From contig CAMNID010000044.1 of NCBI GenBank assembly GCA_946540235.1, forward strand, positions 89,389 through 153,388: 64,000 bases of DNA, in the 5' to 3' direction. Made by a program: the position numbers and the translations under genes. This DNA is from an uncultured Lachnospiraceae bacterium (GTDB lineage Bacteria > Bacillota > Clostridia > Lachnospirales > Lachnospiraceae). Numbering within the stretch: the first letter of the stretch is position 1; the number at the start of each line of letters is the position of its first letter. Positions 18,871 through 27,612 of the stretch are shown here, one piece after another. Below the pieces are notes generated by a model. The model made no database searches and was not told the DNA's origin. It saw only the letters and a program-made list of their open reading frames with translations.

Positions 18871-21150
18871 TTCTTCCATGGAGTCCACATAGGTGACCAC
18901 CATGCCTTCTGTAATCTCCTCATCCAGTTCCAGCACATGCCTCTTGTTCTTCGACGGCACCAGAACCTCCTTCATACCGGCTGTCTTGGCCGCCAGAAGT
19001 TTCTCTTTAAGGCCTCCGATTGGCAGGACTCTGCCCCGGAGGGTCACCTCACCGGTCATAGCCAGGTCACCCCGGACCGGAATTCCGGTTATGGCTGACA
19101 GAATAGCCAGGGCCATGGTAATACCTGCCGAGGGCCCGTCCTTGGGAACAGCCCCCTCCGGAATATGGAGATGGATATCATGCATCTCAAAGAAATCTTC
19201 AGGGATATCATATCTTCTGGCAATAGACCGGATATAGCTTAGTCCGATCTCTGCCGACTCCTTCATCACGTCACCCATCTGGCCGGTCAGCTTCAGCCGG
19301 CCTTTCCCGGGCATAATATTCACCTCGATAGACAGGGTGTCACCGCCCACACTGGTCCAGGCCAGGCCGCGGACCACACCTACCTGGGGCTTTGTCGCCT
19401 GGTCATCTTCTTCATAAAGGGGAATACCCAGCAGCTCTTCCAGATTATCTTCCGTCACCAGCACCTGCTTCTCACCCTCGACGATCTTCCGGGCAGTTTT
19501 ATGCATGATCTTACCGATCTGTCTCTCCAGGTTACGGACACCTGCCTCCCTGGTATAAGAGCGGATGATTTTATAGATTAACTCATCGGGTATAGTGATC
19601 TGGTCTTTTTTTATGCCGCTGGCCTTCCTCTGCTTTTCCAGCAGGTACTTATCCGCGATATGGAACTTTTCGTTCTCCGTATAAGAGGACAGTTCAATAA
19701 TCTCCATCCTGTCCAGCAGGGGTCTGGCGATGGGGCCCAAATCATTGGCCGTGGCAATAAACAGGACATCACTCAGGTCCAGAGGCACCTCCAGATAGTG
19801 GTCCCGGAAAGCCACATTCTGCTCTCCGTCCAGAACCTCCAGCAGGGCAGAGGCTGTATCTCCCTTGTAGTCACTGCTCACCTTGTCAATCTCGTCAAGG
19901 AGCATAAGGGGGTTTCTTACTCCGGCCTGGCGGATTCCCTCGGCGATTCGTCCGGGCATGGCTCCGATGTAGGTCTTTCTGTGCCCGCGGATCTCTGCCT
20001 CGTCCCTGACACCGCCCAGGGAAATGCGGACATACTTTTTATTCAGGGCCCTGGCCACAGATTTGGCTACGGATGTCTTTCCCGTTCCAGGAGGTCCAAC
20101 AAGGCAAAGTATGGGTGGCTCACCCTCCTTGTTGAGGGCCCGGACAGCCAGGTAATCCATGATCCTCTCTTTAACCTTCTCAAGACCATAGTGGTCTTCC
20201 TCCAGGATCTTCATGGCCTGCTTCAAGTCCTTATTATCCCTGGAGGCTTTATTCCAGGGCATCTCCAGCATATTCTCGATATAGTTCTTCATCATGGCAC
20301 TCTCAGCAGCCATGATGGGGATGGATTTAAATCGCTTGATCTCTTTTCGAATCTTGTCCTTCACTTCCTTGGGAGCCTTCAGCTTCTCACATTTTTCCAG
20401 ATATTCTTCCGCCTCGGAGACGATGTCGTCCTCACCCAGTTCCTCCCGGATCACCTTCTGTTGTTCCCGCAGCAGGTAGTCTCTCTGGTTCTTGTCTACC
20501 CCTTTTTTGACCTTCTCCGCAATCTCGTTGCGGATATCACTGATGGCAGACTCCTCACTGAGAATAATCAGGAGCATCTCCGCCTGCTTCATGACATCAG
20601 TCTCCTCTAAGATCTGCTGCTTCTTATCAATCTCGAAAGGCAGCTGGGAAGCCAGTTCATTGATCAGGGGATAAAGCTTCTTCTCATCGATAGCTTTCTG
20701 GAGCTGGGGCGGCGGAAATCCTTTATTTCTCTCCCCGAAATACTCCACCTGCTCTTCTAAATCTCTGAGAAGAGCTGTCTCTGTGTTTGTATCTTCAGGA
20801 AAATGCTTCGGCAAAATCTCTTCCACCAGGGCCTTGGAAGAGTCTTCTCCCTCTATGTATTCCAGAATTCTGGCCTTGTACTGGCCTTCTACAAAAACAC
20901 GGAGCAGACCCTGGCCCGCCTTAACCATCTGAAGGATGGTTGCCACTGTCCCAACCCGGTAGAGATCTTCTTTACCAGGTTTGTCTAAAGAAGGGTCACG
21001 CTGGTTAACCAGGAATATCTGCTGGAAATGATTGACCGATTCCTCCAGTGCCTTGATGGACCTGGGCCTGGCAACTTCAAAGAAGGTTGATGTCTGCGGA
21101 TATACCATTTTCCCTCGCAAGGCTAAAAGTGGTAATAGCTTTTTCTCCAT
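18838..21150 (-). CDS. lon: Lon protease (endopeptidase La)
   Basis: LON N-domain, GPPGTGKTS, LLDEIDK, PKDGPSAG (Ser) and GGLKEK (Lys) motifs. Confidence 0.97.
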   Translation of the reverse strand: MEKKLLPLLALRGKMVYPQTSTFFEVARPRSIKALEESVNHFQQIFLVNQRDPSLDKPGKEDLYRVGTVATILQMVKAGQGLLRVFVEGQYKARILEYIEGEDSSKALVEEILPKHFPEDTNTETALLRDLEEQVEYFGERNKGFPPPQLQKAIDEKKLYPLINELASQLPFEIDKKQQILEETDVMKQAEMLLIILSEESAISDIRNEIAEKVKKGVDKNQRDYLLREQQKVIREELGEDDIVSEAEEYLEKCEKLKAPKEVKDKIRKEIKRFKSIPIMAAESAMMKNYIENMLEMPWNKASRDNKDLKQAMKILEEDHYGLEKVKERIMDYLAVRALNKEGEPPILCLVGPPGTGKTSVAKSVARALNKKYVRISLGGVRDEAEIRGHRKTYIGAMPGRIAEGIRQAGVRNPLMLLDEIDKVSSDYKGDTASALLEVLDGEQNVAFRDHYLEVPLDLSDVLFIATANDLGPIARPLLDRMEIIELSSYTENEKFHIADKYLLEKQRKASGIKKDQITIPDELIYKIIRSYTREAGVRNLERQIGKIMHKTARKIVEGEKQVLVTEDNLEELLGIPLYEEDDQATKPQVGVVRGLAWTSVGGDTLSIEVNIMPGKGRLKLTGQMGDVMKESAEIGLSYIRSIARRYDIPEDFFEMHDIHLHIPEGAVPKDGPSAGITMALAILSAITGIPVRGDLAMTGEVTLRGRVLPIGGLKEKLLAAKTAGMKEVLVPSKNKRHVLELDEEITEGMVVTYVDSMEEVIPIAMVKGK

Positions 21151-21320
21151 TCAATTCCTCCATAATCTGTCAGTTTAGCTGATGTGCAAAAGGCCGGCAC
21201 AAAATCGGGAATAGACACAGCTATTTCCCCGGGAAAAACTCGGTCATCCCCACACTTTGTGTCAGCCTGTATAGTTTTTATCCTGCCCGGTTCTAAGGAA
21301 AAGATCTCAATCTCCCGTCC

Positions 21321-22622
21321 TCAGGCAATCTCGTCATTATTTTTCTTTTTGCTGTGCTTCTTGGGCGCAGGCTTGGCCGCTACGGGCTCATCATGGAAAG
21401 TAAGCAGGGGCTCACCCTCTCCCCGCACAAGATCAGCCGTAATGGTACAGCTTGCCGTCAGCTCATCAGAGGGAATCTGATACATCAGGTCAAGGACCAC
21501 TGACTCCATGATAGACCTGAGTCCTCTGGCGCCGGTATTCCTGGCTATAGCCTTCTCAGCGATGGCAGCCAGAGCCTCATCCGTGAAGAAGAGCTCCACG
21601 CCATCCATCTCAAAAAGCTTCTGATACTGCTTTACCAGGGCACTCTTGGGCTGGGTCAGAATCTGGATCAGGGCATCTTCATCGAGAGGATTGAGGGAAA
21701 CATTTACCGGCACACGCCCGATAAACTCGGGAATCAGACCGAACTTCACAAAATCCTCCGGAAGTACCTGGGCCAGCAGGGCACCGAGATCCTTCTTCCT
21801 CTTCTCCACAATATCTGCCTGGAAACCGATGGACTTCTTGCCGATCCGGTTCTCGATAATCTTCTCAAGGCCGTCAAAGGCACCACCACAGATAAAAAGG
21901 ATATTGGTTGTATCAATCTGGAGAAACTCCTGATGGGGATGCTTTCTCCCACCCTGGGGCGGCACGGATGCTACCGTTCCCTCCAGAATCTTCAGCAGGG
22001 CCTGCTGAACTCCCTCACCGGAAACATCACGGGTAATGGATGTATTCTCCGACTTGCGGGTAATCTTATCAATCTCATCAATATATATGATACCGGTCTG
22101 AGCCCGCTCTATATCATAGTCAGCCGCCTGAATGAGCTTGAGGAGGATATTCTCCACGTCCTCACCCACATAGCCGGCCTCGGTGAGAGCCGTCGCGTCA
22201 GCTATGGCGAAAGGAACATTCAGAAGCTTGGCCAAAGTCTGGGCCAGCAGGGTCTTGCCGGACCCGGTCGGTCCCAGCATGAGGATATTGGACTTCTGCA
22301 GTTCAATATCATGGACATCTCCGAAAAGAATCCTTTTATAATGATTATATACCGCCACCGAGAGAACCTTCTTAGCCTTCTCCTGTCCGATGACATAGTC
22401 ATCAAGAAAGGCCTTCATCTCCTTGGGCTTCATCAGGTTAATCTCCTGGGAGTCCTCCGCAAACTCATCGAACTCATCCTCAATGATCTCTGAGCAGACC
22501 TCAATACACTCATCGCAGATGAATACCCCTTTGGGACCGGCAACAAGCTTTCTCACCTGGTCCTGGGACTTATTACAGAAAGAGCACCTGGGCTGTTTGC
22601 TGTTATCATACCTTCCTGCCAT
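21321..22622 (-). CDS. clpX: ClpX ATPase
   Basis: C4 Zn finger, [28 protein letters not shown] and GRKHP motifs. Confidence 0.98.
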   Translation of the reverse strand: MAGRYDNSKQPRCSFCNKSQDQVRKLVAGPKGVFICDECIEVCSEIIEDEFDEFAEDSQEINLMKPKEMKAFLDDYVIGQEKAKKVLSVAVYNHYKRILFGDVHDIELQKSNILMLGPTGSGKTLLAQTLAKLLNVPFAIADATALTEAGYVGEDVENILLKLIQAADYDIERAQTGIIYIDEIDKITRKSENTSITRDVSGEGVQQALLKILEGTVASVPPQGGRKHPHQEFLQIDTTNILFICGGAFDGLEKIIENRIGKKSIGFQADIVEKRKKDLGALLAQVLPEDFVKFGLIPEFIGRVPVNVSLNPLDEDALIQILTQPKSALVKQYQKLFEMDGVELFFTDEALAAIAEKAIARNTGARGLRSIMESVVLDLMYQIPSDELTASCTITADLVRGEGEPLLTFHDEPVAAKPAPKKHSKKKNNDEIA

Positions 22623-22663
22623 CTGGTCACCTCAATTCTTTATTTGTGCCAAACCAGACGCGG

Positions 22664-23248
22664 TTACTGCCTTTTATCGACTACCTGGTCGATCAGGCCA
22701 TACTCGAGCGCCTGCTCTGCGGTCATATAGTTGTCTCGCTCTGTATCCTGTACGACCTTCTCGTAGGGCTGTCCCGTGTTCTCAGCAAGAATCCGGTTCA
22801 GTTTTTCTTTGGTCTGGATAATATGCTCTGCGGCAATCTCAATCTCCGTGGCCTGGCCCTGGGCTCCGCCCGAGGGCTGGTGGATCATGATCTCCGCATT
22901 GGGGAGAGCCATCCGCTTGCCCTTGGCACCGCCGGCCAGAAGGAAAGCTCCCATGCTTGCGGCCATACCCATACAGATCGTGGCCACGTCACATTTTACA
23001 AACTGCATGGTATCATAGATAGCCATACCTGCCGTAACAGATCCACCCGGGCTCATGATATAGAGGCTGATATCCTTGTCAGGATCCTCAGACTCCAGGA
23101 AGAGCAGCTGGGATACAACCAGGCTGGCTGTCACATCATTCACTTCTTCCCCAAGAAAGATGATTCTTTCCTTGAGGAGTCTGGAGTAGATATCATAGGA
23201 TCTCTCTCCGTGACTGGTCTGTTCAATGACATAAGGTACTAAACTCAT
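22664..23248 (-). CDS. clpP: ClpP protease
   Basis: [24 protein letters not shown] and IMIHQPSGG motifs. Start ATG 23248 with an AGGAGG RBS. Confidence 0.97.
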   Translation of the reverse strand: MSLVPYVIEQTSHGERSYDIYSRLLKERIIFLGEEVNDVTASLVVSQLLFLESEDPDKDISLYIMSPGGSVTAGMAIYDTMQFVKCDVATICMGMAASMGAFLLAGGAKGKRMALPNAEIMIHQPSGGAQGQATEIEIAAEHIIQTKEKLNRILAENTGQPYEKVVQDTERDNYMTAEQALEYGLIDQVVDKRQ

Positions 23249-23329
23249 ATTTCCTCCTGTCAAGAATCCGCCGCCGTAAAAGACACAGCGACGGATCAAT
23301 ATGCATTATCTAAAGTGTCAATCGAGGGA

Positions 23330-24646
23330 TTAGTCCTCGAAATCAAGCTCCTCAGAAGGCTCCACGATCTTTGCCTGGTCGAGGATGAAATCAACGGCTT
23401 TCTGAACTGCCAGATTCTCGCGGATATTCTCCTTCTCCTCCTCCTGCATGTATGTGGAAAGCTGGGCAACGTCCATCTGGTACATGGTGGCCATACGCTC
23501 AAGCTCTGCCTGCAGGTCCTCATCGCTGACCTCGATACCCTCTGCTGCCGCGATGGCCTCCAGAACAAGACTGCCCTGGATCCGCTTCTCAGCGTCCGGT
23601 CTAAGGGACTCTCTGAGGGCGTCCATGCTCTGGCCGGAGTACTGCAGGTACTGCTCGAAGGTCAGACCCTGGTAGGAGATTCTCTGCTTGAACTCATCCA
23701 CCATACGGTCGATCTGGGTCTGCAGCATAGCGTCCGGGATATCAATCTCGGAAGACTCAACAATCTGGGCCAGGAGTTCATTCTCCATAGCGGACTTGGC
23801 CCGCTCTTCCTTACCCATGATCAGCTTGGCCTTAATATCTTCCTTGTACTCCTCAAGGGAATCAAACTCTGTAGTATCCTGTGCGAAATCATCATCGATC
23901 TCAGGAAGCTGCTTTTCCTTAATGCCGAGAATCTTCACATGGAAATTAGCCGGCTTTCCGGCAACCTCTGCGGAGTGGTACTCTTCCGGGAAGGTCACTT
24001 CCACATCCTTCTCATCGCCGATGTTGAGACCTACAAGCTGGTCCTCAAAGGTGTCGATGAAGGAGTGGGATCCGATCTCCAGTCTCTGGCTCTCTGCTGT
24101 TCCGCCATCAAAGGGAACACCGTCAACAGTTCCGGCATAGTTGAGAGTGATGATGTCACCTTCCTTGACCGGTCTGTCCTCGATGTCAACCTCAACACCG
24201 TTCTGCTCCTGGGCCTTCTTCAGTTCTGCCTCAACCTCGTCGTCAGATACTTCTACGGAATCCTTCTGGACTTCCAGTCCCTTGTACTCACCAAGGGTGA
24301 TCTCCGGCTTCAGGGCAACCTCTGCCGTAAACACCAGGTCTTTGTTCTTTCCGAAATCCGTCACAGCGATATCAGGGCGGGAAACAATATCAAGTCCGCT
24401 TTCCTTTACCGCCTCGTCGTAGGCGTCCGGAAGAAGATCGTTCACAGCATCCTCATAAAATACTTCCGGTCCGTAAACCTTCTCAACCATAGACATGGGA
24501 GTCTTGCCCTTGCGGAATCCCGGAATATTAAAGGAATTCTTCCTCCTGTTGTAAACCTTCTTCATAGCTGCGTTAAACTCTGCAGCCGGCACGGTAACGG
24601 TAAGCTTGGCCATATTGTGCTCTAATTTCTCAACCTGTACGCTCAT
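23330..24646 (-). CDS. tig: Trigger factor
   Basis: IPGFRKGK ribosome-binding motif and FKBP domain; tig-clpP-clpX-lon synteny. Confidence 0.97.
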   Translation of the reverse strand: MSVQVEKLEHNMAKLTVTVPAAEFNAAMKKVYNRRKNSFNIPGFRKGKTPMSMVEKVYGPEVFYEDAVNDLLPDAYDEAVKESGLDIVSRPDIAVTDFGKNKDLVFTAEVALKPEITLGEYKGLEVQKDSVEVSDDEVEAELKKAQEQNGVEVDIEDRPVKEGDIITLNYAGTVDGVPFDGGTAESQRLEIGSHSFIDTFEDQLVGLNIGDEKDVEVTFPEEYHSAEVAGKPANFHVKILGIKEKQLPEIDDDFAQDTTEFDSLEEYKEDIKAKLIMGKEERAKSAMENELLAQIVESSEIDIPDAMLQTQIDRMVDEFKQRISYQGLTFEQYLQYSGQSMDALRESLRPDAEKRIQGSLVLEAIAAAEGIEVSDEDLQAELERMATMYQMDVAQLSTYMQEEEKENIRENLAVQKAVDFILDQAKIVEPSEELDFED

Positions 24647-24858
24647 CTCAAAAATCCTCCTTGTACGATAAAGTTCCTGATTATCATCGCATATTCATCC
24701 CGCCTCAGGCAGGATATTAGTATGTGATCCGGAATCCTCTTGTCCGGGATCCGTCAACCGGTTGAACCGGATTGTATTCATTTATGGCATGAAAACACAT
24801 TTAGGTATTATAACACGGAAGAAGTCAACTGTCCATATCCTATTTCCGAGATTTGGGA

Positions 24859-24918
24859 CAGTATTTATTCCATCAGTATTTATTCCATCAGTTCTGATTC
24901 CACCAGTATTTATTCCAC
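24859..24918. repeat. 15-bp tandem repeat x4 spanning the HAD gene stop codon
   Basis: CAGTATTTATTCCAY units at 24859, 24874, 24889 (diverged) and 24904; the stop codon is at 24910-12. Confidence 0.9.
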
Positions 24919-25605
24919 CAGGACCTGCAGGAGACCTGCCGGCTCATCGATCAGCCATTCCGGCCCCAGCTCTTCCAGGAAAGCCCTGTCCCTGAAACCC
25001 CAGGAACAGGCCACACAGCAAAGACCTGCATTTTTCGCTGTTTCCAGGTCCACCTCTGAATCTCCTACATAGACAGCTTCCTCCGGCTTCCTGCCCAGCT
25101 GTCTCAAGGCCTCGAATACCGTATCAGGAGCAGGTTTCTTCCGGATCCCCTCACTCTCCTTCTCCCCGATTGCCACGGGAATATAGTCCTGGAAATATAA
25201 TCTGGCCAGCTCTTTCACGGCAAAATCACCCTTGTTGGACACGATGGCCATGGCCTTTCCCTTCTCCTTAAGGGCAGCCAGCATGTCCATGACTCCTGGA
25301 TAGGGCCTGGTCTTGTCATTACAATGAGCACCGTAATATTCTTTAAAGAGGGCCACCGCCGGCTCAAAATCCCGATCCTCCTTCCCTCCGGGAAGGCAGA
25401 GGGCCACCAGCCGGGCTATGCCATTACCCACGAAAGACCGGATCTCCTCCAAAGTCCTGGACCTGCAGCCAAATTGGGCCATGGTATAATTGGCCGCGTC
25501 CGTCAGATCCTCCAGGGTGTCCAGCAGGGTCCCGTCCAGATCAAAAACATAAGTGGTAAATGCTTCTTTCCTATCTTCCATTCTCTTGCCCATTTTATCT
25601 TCCAT
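24910..25605 (-). CDS. HAD-family hydrolase (phosphoglycolate phosphatase-like)
   Basis: FDLDGTLLDT, IVSNK, KKPAPD and YVGDSEVD motifs. Confidence 0.9.
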   Translation of the reverse strand: MEDKMGKRMEDRKEAFTTYVFDLDGTLLDTLEDLTDAANYTMAQFGCRSRTLEEIRSFVGNGIARLVALCLPGGKEDRDFEPAVALFKEYYGAHCNDKTRPYPGVMDMLAALKEKGKAMAIVSNKGDFAVKELARLYFQDYIPVAIGEKESEGIRKKPAPDTVFEALRQLGRKPEEAVYVGDSEVDLETAKNAGLCCVACSWGFRDRAFLEELGPEWLIDEPAGLLQVLVE

Positions 25606-25673
25606 GGTTTTCTCTCCTTATACCAGATATAATTGCTAATCAGCCCCTTGTGGAACCGGTCTTTTTTTCATCC

Positions 25674-25765
25674 GTTTTCCATTGTTTTCATAGTATCTTT
25701 TCCAGTTTCTGTCACTATTCTTTTCCAATTTCCGTCGCTACTCTTTTCCAGTTTTTATTACTATT
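25674..25765. repeat. 23-bp degenerate tandem repeat x4 (intergenic)
   Basis: Units of type CTTTTCCAGTTTCTGTCACTATT at 25674, 25697, 25720 and 25743. Confidence 0.75.
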
Positions 25766-25883
25766 CGTTTTTTAAGTTCTTTCCCGGCTTAATTCTTCTT
25801 TTTTCCTGCTGGGTTTTTCCTCATTTTCCCAGTGCTACCATTCTAAATTATGCCGGTGGCATCTGTCAATTCCCACATTATTA

Positions 25884-25912
25884 TTGACACTTCCCATAGC
25901 AATTTTTATAAT
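25884..25912 (+). promoter_or_regulatory. Consensus SigA promoter
   Basis: TTGACA-17 bp-TATAAT, perfect consensus. Confidence 0.85.
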
Positions 25913-26049
25913 AAAATCACGGAATAAAACCCTTTCACAGGGTGGAAATATTTACAGACAGAGCCCGGACCGGCCAGTCCACCTGCCGCCTTCAAAGGGG
26001 TTTACGGGCAGGTCCCGCCCCAGTCCCCGGCTCACTACAGGAGAAGCCT

Positions 26050-27438
26050 ATGAATAATGATTATGATGTAGCAATTATCGGCTGCGGAGAAGCCGGAATA
26101 TACGCAGGTTATGAATTATCCCTCAAAGCGCCTTCACTAAAGATCGCCGTCTTTGAAAAAGGTCAGGAAATCTATAAAAGAAGCTGCCCCATCGTGGCAG
26201 GCAAGGTAGACCACTGTATTCACTGCAAGGTCTGCGACACCATGTGCGGCTTTGGAGGAGCCGGTGCCTTCTCCGATGGAAAGTTCAACTTTACTACGGA
26301 ATTTGGCGGCTGGCTCACAGATTATATGAGCCGGGAAGAGGTTATGGACCTGATCCACTATGTTGATTCCGTCAATGTGGACCATGGAGCCACCAAAGAC
26401 TTCTTTTCTACATCTACACCCGAGGCAAGGGCCCTGGCCAAGCGGGCTCTGGAGTATGATCTCCACCTGCTGGAGGCCCGCTGCAAGCACCTAGGGACCG
26501 AAAAGAATCTGCAGATCCTGACCAATATCTATGAAGGTCTCAGAGATAAGCTGGATTTCTTCTTCAGCACCAGTGTAAAGACCATTGAACAGGAGGGAGA
26601 GGGTTACCGGCTGACCACAGAAGCCGGCCAGATCTATTCCTGCCACTATCTCATTGCCGCTCCCGGCAGGAGCGGGGCAGAATGGTTTTCCGGTCAGTGC
26701 AGGCATCTGGGACTGAAACTGATCAACAACCAGGTGGATGTCGGAGTGCGGGTAGAGGTTCCGGCAAAAGTTTTCGAACATATCACGGATGTGGTCTATG
26801 AATCCAAACTTCTCTTCCGGACCAAGCAATACGGAGATAAGGTCCGCACCTTCTGCATGAACCCTTACGGCTATGTGGTTGCTGAGAATGTGGAAGGAAT
26901 CAACACGGTCAATGGTCACTCCTATTCCGATGCCTCGCTGAGGAGTGAAAATACCAACTTTGCTCTCCTGGTATCCAACCATTTCACAGAGCCGTTTGAC
27001 GAGCCCCACCGCTATGGCAAGCACATCGCCTCTCTTTCCAATATGCTTGGAGGCGGTATCCTGGTCCAGCGTTTCGGCGACCTGGTAAAGGGTGTAAGGA
27101 CAAATGACCACCGGCTCAGCCAGTCCTTCGTCCACCCCACTTTAAAGGCGGCCGTCCCTGGCGACCTGTCCCTGGCCCTGCCCAAAAGACAGCTTGACGA
27201 TATCATAGAAATGATCTATACCCTGGACAAGCTGGCCCCCGGCACGGCCAACTATGACACTCTGCTCTATGGGGCGGAGGTCAAGTTCTACTCTGCCAGA
27301 CTGGAACTGTCCACCGAACTGGAGACCAAATTACCGGGCTTCTTCGCCGTAGGCGACGGGGCCGGAACCACCAGAGGTCTGGCCCAGGCTGGCGCTTCCG
27401 GCATCAGGGCCGCCAGAGCCATTTTAAAAAGACTCTAG
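26050..27438 (+). CDS. FAD/NAD(P)-dependent oxidoreductase (COG2509-like)
   Basis: IIGCGEAG Rossmann motif, GFGGAGAFSDGK, RTFCMNPYG and GDGAG. Start ATG 26050 with an AGGAG RBS. Confidence 0.88.
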   Translation: MNNDYDVAIIGCGEAGIYAGYELSLKAPSLKIAVFEKGQEIYKRSCPIVAGKVDHCIHCKVCDTMCGFGGAGAFSDGKFNFTTEFGGWLTDYMSREEVMDLIHYVDSVNVDHGATKDFFSTSTPEARALAKRALEYDLHLLEARCKHLGTEKNLQILTNIYEGLRDKLDFFFSTSVKTIEQEGEGYRLTTEAGQIYSCHYLIAAPGRSGAEWFSGQCRHLGLKLINNQVDVGVRVEVPAKVFEHITDVVYESKLLFRTKQYGDKVRTFCMNPYGYVVAENVEGINTVNGHSYSDASLRSENTNFALLVSNHFTEPFDEPHRYGKHIASLSNMLGGGILVQRFGDLVKGVRTNDHRLSQSFVHPTLKAAVPGDLSLALPKRQLDDIIEMIYTLDKLAPGTANYDTLLYGAEVKFYSARLELSTELETKLPGFFAVGDGAGTTRGLAQAGASGIRAARAILKRL

Positions 27439-27468
27439 CTCTGGCCCCATCCTACCACAAGAACCAAC

Positions 27469-27538
27469 AAGGCTGCCGTCCCACAGAAGCTGGCCGGGAC
27501 TGATGATCCTCCCCGGCCTGCCTGCAGACGACAGCCTT
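27469..27538. terminator. Long hairpin between convergent genes
   Basis: AAGGCTGCCGTC/GACGACAGCCTT (11/12 paired) enclosing GGCCGGG/CCCGGCC. Confidence 0.55.
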
Positions 27539-27612
27539 CTTATGTTTTCTTCATATATTTTCCATACATGCAAATATGACCATGCTTATGAATTGGTCCT
27601 GGTGGAATCTTC

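Noticed and set aside
23315-24625. 436-aa plus-strand ORF, and similar long shadows at 3904, 12257, 14154 (minus), 19660 and 28426
   Set aside because: Each fully overlaps a conserved gene on the opposite strand and shows no domain signal.
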